Made by a program: the position numbers and the translations under genes. Below the pieces are notes generated by a model. That model was not told the DNA's origin. It saw only the letters and a program-made list of their open reading frames with translations, and made no database searches. From Patescibacteria group bacterium (GTDB lineage: Bacteria; Patescibacteriota; Patescibacteriia; UBA2591; UBA4787), in contig JAQUSN010000001.1 in assembly GCA_028715115.1 (NCBI GenBank), positions 67,314 to 131,313 on the forward strand: a stretch of DNA of 64,000 bases, written 5' to 3'. Positions 1 to 9,554 of this stretch are shown here, in pieces (within the stretch, counting starts at the first letter, position 1; every line of letters starts with the position of its first letter).

Positions 1-786
1 CCCCGGTCGAACCAATATAATGTCGTCTAATTTTATTTGATCAATAGAAACTATTTGCTCTTGATACTCACCATTAATTAAAATTAACTTGGTTGCTTCT
101 TTTGGCTGTAAACCGATTAAATTTTTAATGGCTTGGCTGGTCTTGCCTTTGGTTAAATTTTCTAAATAATCTCCTAGGGCGATAAAAACTAAAATAAAAA
201 CGGCACTTTCAAAATATATCTCAACCGATTTGTTCGTTAATCGGCCAAAAATAAATAATAAAGCAACAACCATACTGTATAAATAAGCCGCGCTAGTGCC
301 CAAGGCGATTAAAGAATCCATGTCGGGCCTCCGGCGCCACAAACCCAAAAACCCGGAACGATAAATTCTTCGATTAATGATAATAATTAAGGTTGCTAAA
401 ACCATTTCTATTAATAGCTCGACGGCCATTGAAAGCGGTAACCGCGGAAGGCCAAACATCATGCCCATAGTTAAATAAAGAATCGGTAAACTTAAAATTA
501 ATGAACCGATAAAGACATTTTTCAATTTTTTATTATTTTGCGCTTGCAGATGATCGGTATGGATAGACACCCCAACTTCATGTTCTATCGCCCGATAACC
601 AAGGGTGGCAATTAAATCCTTAATTAATTGCGCATTGCTTTGATTTGGCTCAAATTCTACTAAGACCGTTTCTTGGGCAAAATTAACACTCACCGATTTT
701 ATGCCAGCCTGCCGGCCTAAAAACTGCTCAATATTAACCGCGCAGGAAGCGCAGTGCATGCCAATAATTTTAAATATTTTTTTCAT
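1..786 (-). CDS. copA: Heavy-metal (Cu+) translocating P-type ATPase, 5' part (runs off window start)
   Basis: Manual translation from ATG 786: MKKIFKIIGMHCASC (HMA domain), then MDSLIALGTSAAY and YFESAVFILVF. Open to position 1. Lies downstream of csoR. Confidence 0.9.
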   Translation of the reverse strand, partial: MKKIFKIIGMHCASCAVNIEQFLGRQAGIKSVSVNFAQETVLVEFEPNQSNAQLIKDLIATLGYRAIEHEVGVSIHTDHLQAQNNKKLKNVFIGSLILSLPILYLTMGMMFGLPRLPLSMAVELLIEMVLATLIIIINRRIYRSGFLGLWRRRPDMDSLIALGTSAAYLYSMVVALLFIFGRLTNKSVEIYFESAVFILVFIALGDYLENLTKGKTSQAIKNLIGLQPKEATKLILINGEYQEQIVSIDQIKLDDIILVRPG

Positions 787-791
787 ATAGA

Positions 792-1394
792 TTATTTGGT
801 TGTCTTGGCAGGATATTCTTTAAAAATACCAGCCGACAATAACTGGTCAACCGAGGTTTGCTGCGGATCGTATTTAACTTCAAAACGATTAGGCAAACTA
901 AAATAAATAGTTCCCACTCCTTTTATTTTTTGTAATTCGCTAATAATCAAAGAGCTATGTCCCGAACAAGGAATATCTACCTGAAGAATTACCGAATTGC
1001 TTTGAGCTAAAACCTGGCCGTTTTGGTTAACATTGGCTACTAACGGAAAAACAACTAAAAATAATAATAAATTAATGCCAATGGTAGTACCATAAAGGGT
1101 CAATAAGTATTTCCATTTTCTTTTAATACCTAAGCGCGAAGCTGCCTTATGGCGCCTAAGATAAAACACGGCCGATAGAGTAGCGAAAACCAAAGACAGA
1201 CCGATTAGGATGTAGAAAAAATATCGATTAAGCAATAACGCTCGAAAAACTGAAGTAAAAATTGTCACGCCCAGCACAGAAAAAATAATAAAAATCAAAC
1301 ATGGAATATGAGGGAAGGCCCCGAAAAGAGCTCCCTGCCAAAAACCTTTTTTGTTTGAATTTGGCTCTTGGCAACAATTATTATGTATATTCAT
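792..1394 (-). CDS. Membrane protein with C-terminal HMA-like domain
   Basis: Three TM segments plus an IPCSGH metal-binding-like motif, inside the copper operon. Confidence 0.7.
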   Translation of the reverse strand: MNIHNNCCQEPNSNKKGFWQGALFGAFPHIPCLIFIIFSVLGVTIFTSVFRALLLNRYFFYILIGLSLVFATLSAVFYLRRHKAASRLGIKRKWKYLLTLYGTTIGINLLLFLVVFPLVANVNQNGQVLAQSNSVILQVDIPCSGHSSLIISELQKIKGVGTIYFSLPNRFEVKYDPQQTSVDQLLSAGIFKEYPAKTTK

Positions 1395-1412
1395 AAAATT
1401 TTTATTAAAAAA

Positions 1413-1691
1413 TTAACAATTATGATTTGTAGTAAAAATTGTCAATAATTCTTTGATCATTTTCTTGCGCGCCTGCTCATTGTTACTTTTAATGACTGTG
1501 GTAACACAAGTATTAAGATGATTAGCTAGAATAATATCATTTACTTTTCTTAGGGCGGCAATGACAGCTAAATTTTGTTTAATAACATTTATGCAATAAA
1601 CATCATCGGCAACCATCTGCCGGACACCCTCTAGGTGTCCTTTTAAATAATTCATGCGGTTTAGAACTTGTTTTTTAATGATGCTTTTCAT
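1413..1691 (-). CDS. csoR: CsoR/RcnR family metal-sensing repressor
   Basis: RMNYLKGHLEGV, YC...HLNTC (Cys-His-Cys ligands), upstream of copA. Confidence 0.9.
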   Translation of the reverse strand: MKSIIKKQVLNRMNYLKGHLEGVRQMVADDVYCINVIKQNLAVIAALRKVNDIILANHLNTCVTTVIKSNNEQARKKMIKELLTIFTTNHNC

Positions 1692-1729
1692 AGATTAATA
1701 ATTAAATTTTAATTTTTATTTTTATTCAT

Positions 1730-1776
1730 ACCCCCTGGGGGTGGGTCTATTATATAACTAAAAATAAAATAGGCAA
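1730..1776 (-). promoter_or_regulatory. csoR promoter (TTGCCT-16-TATAAT) with C/G-tract palindromic operator
   Basis: -35 at 1776-1771, -10 at 1754-1749. ACCCCC-T-GGGGGT at 1730-1742 resembles CsoR/RcnR operators. Confidence 0.7.
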
Positions 1777-1813
1777 CGTTTGCCTGTGGATAAACTAAAC
1801 AAAACTATATTAA

Positions 1814-3019
1814 TTATTCGGAACAATTATTACAAAAACTGGCTGATTGCATTTCCCGACAAATATGGCATATTTCTTTGGCGTTTAAAGCGCGATTATA
1901 AATGCGCATATCATCAACAAGGCCGTTCGCATAATAACTTGAACCAAATTTCCCCGTTAGAAACTTTGATGGGCCACTCGCCAATGCGCCAGATGCCGCC
2001 GTGGGTGCTCCCGAAGCCCCATTTACATAAGCAGTTAAAAACGATCCATCCCAAACCATAACAATATGAGAGAATACAGTAGTGTCGGAAATTGAAGCAG
2101 TGGCATTTTTACTAACACCGTCCACATTAACCGTGGTGAGTATTGATGATCCCGCCTTTGGAATAAGAAATAAATTATAGCCTCCACTTCCATTAATAGC
2201 TGCAGCTATCAGATGATGTGTGCTATTTGTGCCGCCAGAGTCTCTAAGTCGTTTCCACCATACACTTACCGTAAACGCAGAGGGCGTAGAAATAGCGCTA
2301 CTCGCCTGCACGTAATTTTTGTTGGTCCCGTCAAAGTTCAAACAGCCACCAGAACCGCACCCCGAAATTTGCCAAGTCGGTGGTGTAGCGCTTAATGTTC
2401 CGTTATTGCCCGAACCCGAGTCATCCACTGTCGTTGCTCCGGCTCCACCCGTCCCCTCTTCAAAATTCCACCAGCCCAATAAACTAGAATAATTTGGATC
2501 AAGATTTGAAAGTCCGCTTGATGGCCAAACAGACTTGTAGGCAGAAAGAAGAATGGAAGAAAAACTAGAATAAGCTTCAAAGAATTGAGGATAGAGGCCT
2601 CCGTCGCCCTGAGAAGAGGTATAGCTAGAAGATGACTCTAATTTAGCAGCTATTCTGAAATTTGTGCCATCTGAGTTATATAGATAACACTGCTGATTAG
2701 GTAGAGGGTCATTAGGAATATTAGGTATTTGGGCTAAAAGGTTGGTACACCAGGCCGGAGGAGAATCAGCCACGCAAGTAGACAGACAAGCAGTAGCAGT
2801 GGGATTAGGATAGGCGCTGTTAGTGGCATAGGCTAATTCCAAGGCATTGGCAATCTGTTTAAGATCTGCCATGCGTCTCGCGTCCCTAGACTTAGCTCGA
2901 GCAGCGCTAAAGCCGGGAACCGCAAAGGCCACCAAAAGACCGATAATAGCCACGACAATGAGTAATTCAACGAGAGTAAAGGAGTGTCGAGAAAAATCAG
3001 ATTTTTCTAAACTTAACAT
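1814..3019 (-). CDS. Type IV pilin-like (N-methylation motif) protein with C-terminal LamG domain
   Basis: SFTLVELLIVVAIIG, ARAKSRDARRMADL, WWNFEEG and DDMRIYNRAL. Confidence 0.85.
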   Translation of the reverse strand: MLSLEKSDFSRHSFTLVELLIVVAIIGLLVAFAVPGFSAARAKSRDARRMADLKQIANALELAYATNSAYPNPTATACLSTCVADSPPAWCTNLLAQIPNIPNDPLPNQQCYLYNSDGTNFRIAAKLESSSSYTSSQGDGGLYPQFFEAYSSFSSILLSAYKSVWPSSGLSNLDPNYSSLLGWWNFEEGTGGAGATTVDDSGSGNNGTLSATPPTWQISGCGSGGCLNFDGTNKNYVQASSAISTPSAFTVSVWWKRLRDSGGTNSTHHLIAAAINGSGGYNLFLIPKAGSSILTTVNVDGVSKNATASISDTTVFSHIVMVWDGSFLTAYVNGASGAPTAASGALASGPSKFLTGKFGSSYYANGLVDDMRIYNRALNAKEICHICREMQSASFCNNCSE

Positions 3020-3033
3020 AGATATTAAATATT

Positions 3034-5415
3034 TTATTTCTTCAGAGCCATGGTGGTTTTAATGACCGTGTCTGGATTAAGAGAGATGGAATCAATCCCT
3101 TCTTTGACTAAAAATTTAGCAAAATCAGGAAAGTCCGACGGCGCTTGTCCGCAAATACCAACTTTGCGCTTATATTGATGGGCGATTTTTATTAACTGAC
3201 GGATTAAAATTTTAACTGCCTCATTTTTTTCATTAGCAATGTGTGAAATTATCCCTGAATCGCGATCAAGCCCTAACGTCAACTGAGCCAGATCATTAGA
3301 GCCGATCGAAAACCCGTCAAAAATCTTACTAAACTCTTCGGCTAAAATTATATTTGACGGAATTTCTGCCATCACATAAACCTTAAGCGGTTTTAGTCCT
3401 GCTTTCTGCTTTTTTAACCCATGAGCGTTAATAATCGAAATAACTTTTTGGCCCTCTTCAATCGTTCGACAAAACGGCACCATGGCGATAACGTTGTCTA
3501 ACCCGAAAATTTCGCGAACTTTTTTAATCGCCCGGCATTCAAGATCAAAGGCTGCTTTAAATTTTTGATCATAATATCTTGAAGCGCCGCGCCAACCAAT
3601 CATCGGATTCTGCTCAACTGGTTCAAATAATTTTCCGCCAATTAAGTTGGCATATTCATTGCTCTTGAAATCAGAAAAGCGAACGATCACGTCTTTGGGA
3701 TAAAACGCAGCAGCAATACGGCCAATGCCTTCGGCTAATTTGTCGACGTAAAATTGAGTTTTATTGCTATAGCCAGCCGTAATTTGCTTGACTTGTTTTT
3801 TAACCGAGGCTGGCATTTTAGAAAAATTAAGCAAAGCCAGCGGATGAATACCGATATAATTATTAATAATAAATTCTTCTCTGGCTAATCCAACACCGTC
3901 ACTCGGAATAAAAGAAAAATTAAAGGCCTGATCTGGTTCGCCCACATTCATCATAATTTTAACTTTTGGCCGATATAAACCCTTAAGAGAGGTTTTTTTA
4001 ATTGTAAAGGGCAAAATTCCTTGGTAGATGATTCCTCGCTCGCCCTCAGCGCAACTAACTGTTACTTTTTGTCCAGAACGCAAAATTTGAGTCGCCTTAG
4101 TGCTGCCAACCACACAAGGAACACCAAGTTCGCGCGACACAATTGCCGCATGACAAGTCCGACCGCCTTCGTCAGTGATAATCGCCTTAGCCATTTTCAT
4201 AACCGGCACCCAATCTGGATCGGTCATCTTGGTCACTAAAATTTGCCCTGGCTTAAACTGTTCGATTTCTTTGACGTTCTTTATTACCCTGATTTCGCCC
4301 TGACCGATTTTTGAACCAATGGCAATGCCTTCTAATAAAACTTTTTTATTTTTTGCGGATTTGTCAAAAACATATTCTTCCAAAACGTTAACGTTTTTCT
4401 TGGATTGGACCGTCTCTGGCCGGGCCTGAATAATATATAAACTTTTATCATGGCCATCTTTTGCCCATTCGATATCCATCGGCCGGCCATAGTGTTTTTC
4501 TATGGTTATTGAATAACGAGCTAGTTCTAAAATTTCTGAATCAGTGAGAGTAAATTTTTGCCTTTTATCAATAGGTGTCGTTAAATTTTTAGTCGGCCGA
4601 CCTGATGCTTTATTGTAAATCATGGTCACTTCTTTGCTGCCCAATTTCCTTTTAATAATTGGCTGATAGCCCTTTGTTAATAACGGTTCGTAAACCATAA
4701 ATTCATCAGGCGTAACGCGCCCCTTAACAATATTCTCGCCCAGGCCCCAAGAAGAATTAATTACGGTCACGTCGGCAAAGCCAGATTCTGTATCGCAAGA
4801 AAACATCACGCCAGAATAGGCCAGGTCAGAGCGAACCATTTTTTGCACGCCAACCGATAACGCGGTTTTAAGATGATCAAATCCTTGTTCCACGCGATAG
4901 ACAATTGCTCGGTCGGTAAATAACGAAGCAATGCAAAGACGAACTGCCTTTAGAACTTCTCCTTCTCCGGAAATATTCAAATAAGATTCTTGGGCTCCGG
5001 CAAAAGAGGCGCCCGGCAAGTCTTCGGCCGTAGCCGAACTACGCACGGCGACATCCAAATTTTCCGTATCATATTTTTTTGATAACTGCCGATAATATTT
5101 TAAAACTTCTTTGGTTAATTTTTCTGGCAAAGGAGTGGCAGAAATCATCTGGCGGATGGTTTTGCCTCGATAGGCCAAATCTTTCAAATTTTTTATATCG
5201 AGGCCGGTTAGTGCTTTTTTTATTTTTTTATCTAAACCGGTTTGTGCTAAAAAATATCGATAAGCCTCGGCAGTTGTCGCGAATCCGTCTGGCACTCGCA
5301 AACCATGTTTAGTTAATTGCGTAAACATTTCTCCAAGAGATGCATTTTTACCGCCCACCCTAGAGATGTCCTTAATTCTTAGATTCTTAAATGGTAAAAC
5401 AAAATCTTTTGACAT
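3034..5415 (-). CDS. ppsA: Phosphoenolpyruvate synthase
   Basis: VGGKNASLGEM, VAVRSSATAEDL, GGRTCHAAIVSRELG and FSIGSNDL. Confidence 0.97.
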   Translation of the reverse strand: MSKDFVLPFKNLRIKDISRVGGKNASLGEMFTQLTKHGLRVPDGFATTAEAYRYFLAQTGLDKKIKKALTGLDIKNLKDLAYRGKTIRQMISATPLPEKLTKEVLKYYRQLSKKYDTENLDVAVRSSATAEDLPGASFAGAQESYLNISGEGEVLKAVRLCIASLFTDRAIVYRVEQGFDHLKTALSVGVQKMVRSDLAYSGVMFSCDTESGFADVTVINSSWGLGENIVKGRVTPDEFMVYEPLLTKGYQPIIKRKLGSKEVTMIYNKASGRPTKNLTTPIDKRQKFTLTDSEILELARYSITIEKHYGRPMDIEWAKDGHDKSLYIIQARPETVQSKKNVNVLEEYVFDKSAKNKKVLLEGIAIGSKIGQGEIRVIKNVKEIEQFKPGQILVTKMTDPDWVPVMKMAKAIITDEGGRTCHAAIVSRELGVPCVVGSTKATQILRSGQKVTVSCAEGERGIIYQGILPFTIKKTSLKGLYRPKVKIMMNVGEPDQAFNFSFIPSDGVGLAREEFIINNYIGIHPLALLNFSKMPASVKKQVKQITAGYSNKTQFYVDKLAEGIGRIAAAFYPKDVIVRFSDFKSNEYANLIGGKLFEPVEQNPMIGWRGASRYYDQKFKAAFDLECRAIKKVREIFGLDNVIAMVPFCRTIEEGQKVISIINAHGLKKQKAGLKPLKVYVMAEIPSNIILAEEFSKIFDGFSIGSNDLAQLTLGLDRDSGIISHIANEKNEAVKILIRQLIKIAHQYKRKVGICGQAPSDFPDFAKFLVKEGIDSISLNPDTVIKTTMALKK

Positions 5416-5417
5416 AT

Positions 5418-5750
5418 TTAATCCAAATTAATTTTTTTAGATAAAAAACTAAGCAACGGCAATTTCCATTTTTTACCAGCTAGCGCGGCAAAAAATCCAA
5501 TAACAGAAAATATTAAACAAAGAAACCAGCCCAAAATACCAATTATCCAACCAAAAATCGGGAAAACGAAAATAAAAGTAAAAATGATTTCAGCAATTAA
5601 AAGGGCCAAACCTTGGCGTAAATGATGCTTAATAAAATCGCTGCGTTGTTTTAACCCGAAGGGGATAATAACTAAAACGCCCAAATAAGAAATCGCGACC
5701 CAAAGAACATCTCGACCGCTTACTTTTACTTTGTTGGTTGTTTCGGTCAT
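5418..5750 (-). CDS. Small membrane protein (DUF4870-like)
   Basis: ISYLGVLVIIP...FIKHHLRQGL...WKLPLL pattern. Confidence 0.7.
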   Translation of the reverse strand: MTETTNKVKVSGRDVLWVAISYLGVLVIIPFGLKQRSDFIKHHLRQGLALLIAEIIFTFIFVFPIFGWIIGILGWFLCLIFSVIGFFAALAGKKWKLPLLSFLSKKINLD

Positions 5751-5826
5751 AAAAATAATGATTACGAATTAATGAAATACAACATATCTTATTATAGCAG
5801 TCTTCTTTTAAAAAAACAATATTTCA

Positions 5827-5893
5827 TTGACAAAAATTTACTTTTATATATCATATAAATACGCGTCTCTAGTGGTTGTAATAACTTAAGGAG
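5827..5893 (+). promoter_or_regulatory. Islet 1 promoter TTGACA-16-TATCAT and SD TAAGGAG
   Basis: -35 at 5827-5832, -10 at 5849-5854, SD at 5887-5893. Confidence 0.7.
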
Positions 5894-5898
5894 AGCAA

Positions 5899-6258
5899 AT
5901 GGCGCGAAAAGCAACACCAACAAAACGAGTCCCGCCAATGGCCGGCTGCCAGAAGGTCAGCTTCGTCAGCAGCAGCGGTACCAACTGGGAAGACCTGTTC
6001 AAAGAAGGAGGGATGATCTTGTCCCTTCATCGCCCAGGAAGACGTGCCTCGGCCGCCCTTCGCCTGGTAAGCGTCCTCGACATCCCTCGCACTCAAGCGC
6101 CGATTATCGTAGTCCTGAGACCGGCGAACGAAACCGAGGACACGCTTATTCCCGGCTTTGTCTGGCCGGCATTTCCTTCGCAAGGATCAGACGGACCCAT
6201 CCGCATCAAGGGGTGCCTGCTCGTCCCAGACAACTACACAGACAAACTCAACCTCTAG
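5899..6258 (+). CDS. GC-rich orphan protein (islet 1)
   Basis: ORF bracketed by promoter, SD and hairpin. No family recognised. Confidence 0.7.
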   Translation: MARKATPTKRVPPMAGCQKVSFVSSSGTNWEDLFKEGGMILSLHRPGRRASAALRLVSVLDIPRTQAPIIVVLRPANETEDTLIPGFVWPAFPSQGSDGPIRIKGCLLVPDNYTDKLNL

Positions 6259-6307
6259 GCGTACACCGATCAGACAAGGAGGACCAGTCCAGCGTGTATC
6301 CATTCTA

Positions 6308-6334
6308 GCCCGCCGCAGCTTATCTGCGGCGGGC
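6308..6334 (+). terminator. Hairpin after islet 1
   Basis: Perfect 11-bp stem GCCCGCCGCAG/CTGCGGCGGGC, then a T-rich tail. Confidence 0.75.
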
Positions 6335-6359
6335 CTTATTATTTAAAAAAATATCAATC

Positions 6360-6417
6360 TTGACAAATCACTAAAATTTTGCTACAATTACAATATAAGC
6401 ACACAAACCAAAGGAGG
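6360..6417 (+). promoter_or_regulatory. Islet 2 promoter TTGACA-17-TACAAT (extended TG) and SD AAGGAGG
   Basis: -35 at 6360-6365, -10 at 6383-6388, SD at 6411-6417. Confidence 0.85.
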
Positions 6418-6423
6418 AATGCC

Positions 6424-7074
6424 GTGAGAAAAACGCTTGTGGCCGTAAGCCTCGTCTGCCTTCTGACCGTCCCGACCTTCGGGTTCGACGTGGTCAAATT
6501 GACCATGTGCAGCGGTCAACCGGCCAACTTCAAGGCTGCCACTACCCTGTTCGGACCGCTGATGGCCAGGATCGGCATCCCGATCCCAGCCAAGCCTATG
6601 TCCATCAACTTGGGTCTTGGAGCCATGTTCCGGATCCAAATGAACCAGAACAGCGTCTTGAGTCTCAATCCGCTCATCGCTATGACGGTGAGCGATACCT
6701 CGCAGGGCCCAACGCCCTACGTACCGCTCATCTCATCAGACAACGTCTTGAGCCTCTGCCTCGGCAAGACAACCGGGCCAGAGTTCGAAACAAAGTTCGC
6801 GGCCGACTACTGCCTGACCGCAGCGCCGGGCGATCCCAAGATCGTTCCCTCCGGATATCTCTTCGGACTCCAACGACTCAACGGCTGAGCCGTTGGCGCA
6901 CAAGCCGACGCTAAGTACAAGAAAGGATTGACGTTGTACGCCGGACCGCGAGCCGATCGGATCATCGGCAAGTTCAGGCTCTACTTCGCCTGGGAACGGC
7001 TCATTACCGCGCCCAGCGCGCCCACGCCCCCAAGTCAATGGACATGGAAGGCGGAAGGCAAGTACAGCTTCTGA
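6424..7074 (+). pseudogene. Signal-peptide protein with beta-barrel-like C-terminus, interrupted by in-frame TGA (islet 2)
   Basis: GTG 6424 follows the SD. TGA at 6886-6888, but the same frame stays open to 7074 and ends WTWKAEGKYSF, just before the hairpin. Confidence 0.7.
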
Positions 7075-7095
7075 ACTAAGACCTCATCTTCACAG

Positions 7096-7115
7096 AGGGC
7101 GTCGCAAGACGCCCT
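7096..7115 (+). terminator. Hairpin after islet 2
   Basis: AGGGCGTC-GCAA-GACGCCCT followed by T-rich sequence. Confidence 0.75.
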
Positions 7116-7129
7116 TTAATTTTATTAAA

Positions 7130-7159
7130 ACAAAAACGGGTTATAAAAACCCGTTTTTG
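7130..7159 (-). terminator. groEL terminator
   Basis: CAAAAACGGGTT...AACCCGTTTTTG inverted repeat downstream of groEL. Confidence 0.7.
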
Positions 7160-7177
7160 CAAAAATTTTAATAATCT

Positions 7178-8815
7178 TTAATATTCTCCGCCAGGCAAGC
7201 CCATAGACGGCGCCGCATGATTATGTTTATCTTGTTTTTCGGGCAAATCAGTAACCACGGCTTCAGTAGTTAAAAGCAAGCCGGCAATCGAAGCAGCATT
7301 CTGTAAAGCAGTGCGGGTTACTTTGGCCGGATCAATAATACCGGCTACCACTAAATCCTCGAATTTATTTGAGGCGGCATTATAACCGAAATTACCCTTT
7401 TCTTGTTTTATTTTCTGCACTACCTCGCCCTCGTCTTCATAACCAGCATTATGCGCAATTTGCTTAATTGGCTCTTCTAGGGCTAACCTTAAAATATCTA
7501 TACCCAGTTTTTCTTCTCCTTCAAGCATAAGCGTATCAAGAACCGGCAAACAGCGAATCAAGGCTACTCCGCCGCCGACCACAATTCCTTCGGCCACGGC
7601 TGCTTTGGTTGCATGCACAGCGTCTTCAACTTTAAATTTCATTTCTTTCATTTCGGTTTCTGTCGCCGCGCCAACTTTAATCACGGCTACTCCACCGGAT
7701 AGCTTTGCCAGACGCTCTTGAAATTTTTCCCGATCAAAATCAGAAGTTGTTTTTTCTATTTCTTTTTTTAAATGACTAACGCGATCTTTAAGCGCTTGCT
7801 GATCGCCCTTACCCTCGACGATAGTTGTGTTGTCTTTGGTGGAAATAATTCGGCGGGCCTGGCCCAAATCTTCAATTCTAACTGATTCTAATTTTAAACC
7901 TAAATCTTCAGTAATAACCTTTCCGCCGGTTAAAATGGCAATATCTTGCAACATTTCTTTTTTGTTATCGCCAAAACCAGGCGCCTTAACTGCTAAAACA
8001 TTAAATACGCCTCTTAGTTTATTTAAAACTAAGGTGGTCAAAGCTTCTCCTTCAACCTCATCAGCAAAAATAACTAATTCTTTCTTGCCGGCTTGCAACA
8101 TTTTTTCTAAAAGCGGAACAATTTCATTAATAGCCGAAATTTTTTTGTCAGTAATGAGAATTAATGGATCGTTATATTCTGAAACCATTTTTTCAGTATT
8201 GGTAATCATATAGGGCGAGATATAGCCCCGGTCAAACTGCATGCCCTCGGTCACTTCCAGGGACATTTCAAAAGATTGTGAATCTTCCACGGTGATTACT
8301 CCATCTTTACCGACCTTGGCCATGGCTTGGGAAATAATTTTACCGATATTAACGTCACTAGCTGAAATAGAAGCCACTTGTTCGATTTCTTCTGGGGTGG
8401 AAACCGGTTTAGCAATTTTTTCTTTTAATTCTTTAACTACTGCGGCCACACCCTTTTCAATCCCACGGCGAATTAGTATGGGGTTAGAGCCAGCCGTGAC
8501 GCTTTTTAGGCCTTGGCTGAAAATCGCTTGCGCCAAAACTACAGCTGTGGTCGTACCATCTCCTGCCACATCATTAGTTTTCGAGGCCGCCTCTTGTAAT
8601 AGTTGCGCTCCGGCATTTTCGAATCTATCCTCAAGCTCAATTTCTTTGGCTACGGTCACGCCATCGTTAGTAATGGTCGGCGAACCATAACCCTTATCTA
8701 GGGCTATGTTGCGACCCTTGGGGCCTAAGGTAATTTTTACGGCCGCGGCTAATTTATCAATGCCGCGCTTCATGGCCGTACGAGCCTCTTCGTTAAATAA
8801 AATTTGTTTTGCCAT
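7178..8815 (-). CDS. groEL: Chaperonin GroEL
   Basis: [28 protein letters not shown] and [13 protein letters not shown]. Confidence 0.99.
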   Translation of the reverse strand: MAKQILFNEEARTAMKRGIDKLAAAVKITLGPKGRNIALDKGYGSPTITNDGVTVAKEIELEDRFENAGAQLLQEAASKTNDVAGDGTTTAVVLAQAIFSQGLKSVTAGSNPILIRRGIEKGVAAVVKELKEKIAKPVSTPEEIEQVASISASDVNIGKIISQAMAKVGKDGVITVEDSQSFEMSLEVTEGMQFDRGYISPYMITNTEKMVSEYNDPLILITDKKISAINEIVPLLEKMLQAGKKELVIFADEVEGEALTTLVLNKLRGVFNVLAVKAPGFGDNKKEMLQDIAILTGGKVITEDLGLKLESVRIEDLGQARRIISTKDNTTIVEGKGDQQALKDRVSHLKKEIEKTTSDFDREKFQERLAKLSGGVAVIKVGAATETEMKEMKFKVEDAVHATKAAVAEGIVVGGGVALIRCLPVLDTLMLEGEEKLGIDILRLALEEPIKQIAHNAGYEDEGEVVQKIKQEKGNFGYNAASNKFEDLVVAGIIDPAKVTRTALQNAASIAGLLLTTEAVVTDLPEKQDKHNHAAPSMGLPGGEY

Positions 8816-8835
8816 AAATGTTAGAAGTTTACGAG

Positions 8836-9126
8836 TTATGAAATAATTGCTAAAATTTTGTCTTCGCTAACAATAATAAATTCTTCTTTGTTTATTTTTA
8901 TTTCTTCGCCGCCATATTTATCGAAAATCACTTTGTCGCCAGGCTTTACGCTCATCGGTGCACGCGAACCATTGTCTAATAATTTACCGGGGCCGACGGC
9001 AACAACCTCGCCCTTGTCGGATTTTTCTTCGGCTGTTTGCGGTAAAAAAATGCCAGCTGCGGTTTTTTCGTTCTCTTTGAGCGGCTTAATTAAAACTCTA
9101 TCATTAATGGGTTGTAGATTTGACAT
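8836..9126 (-). CDS. groES: Co-chaperonin GroES
   Basis: LQPINDRVL and GEVVAVGPG, upstream of groEL. Confidence 0.98.
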   Translation of the reverse strand: MSNLQPINDRVLIKPLKENEKTAAGIFLPQTAEEKSDKGEVVAVGPGKLLDNGSRAPMSVKPGDKVIFDKYGGEEIKINKEEFIIVSEDKILAIIS

Positions 9127-9229
9127 AAAACTTCCTTTTAAAAATTAAATTGGCGTTCATTGCCTATTATTAATTATTATAAACTATTTTAAAACCATGT
9201 CTAGGGTTCTGCGTTTATGGCCCTCTTTC

Positions 9230-9257
9230 TTGACGCTAAAAAATATCGTGCTATAAT
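9230..9257 (+). promoter_or_regulatory. secG promoter TTGACG-16-TATAAT (extended TG)
   Basis: Near-consensus boxes at 9230-9235 and 9252-9257. Confidence 0.7.
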
Positions 9258-9288
9258 GAAATAGCTTAAAAATTAATCCTTTATTATT

Positions 9289-9507
9289 ATGACTAAATAT
9301 CTGGATATTGCTCAAATTATAGTAACCGCCCTGCTTGTTATTTCTGTTTTATTGCAATCTCGCGGCAGCGGTTTATCGTCTCTTCTTGGTGGCGGTGGGG
9401 AGTTTTATAGCACTAGGCGCGGCCTGGAAAAAAAGATCTTCATTGCTACTGTTGTTTTGGCTGTCATTTTCTTAGGCTTAGGCGTCGCTCGCTTGCTCAT
9501 AAGGTAA
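9289..9507 (+). CDS. secG: Preprotein translocase subunit SecG
   Basis: VLLQSRGSGL...TRRGLEK, two TM segments. Confidence 0.92.
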   Translation: MTKYLDIAQIIVTALLVISVLLQSRGSGLSSLLGGGGEFYSTRRGLEKKIFIATVVLAVIFLGLGVARLLIR

Positions 9508-9554
9508 AGAATATTAAACTCTTTATTGTCTGGGCTCGCTTAATAATAAACACT

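Noticed and set aside
1952-1963. CCCCGTTAGAAA resembling the IR-element ends
   Set aside because: Lies in frame inside the pilin-LamG gene with no partner end, so probably chance.
6886-6888. Genome-wide TGA recoding (code 25 or 4)
   Set aside because: Native genes such as xth and the lamin-tail gene end in TGA, and long genes are open under code 11.
7827-9148. Plus-strand ORFs opposite groEL/groES, and similar shadows opposite eno, the S-layer-like gene and the islets
   Set aside because: Antisense or alternate-frame shadows of well-supported genes, with no independent signals.
9127-9229. CIRCE element upstream of groES
   Set aside because: No TTAGCACTC-N9-GAGTGCTAA inverted repeat found.
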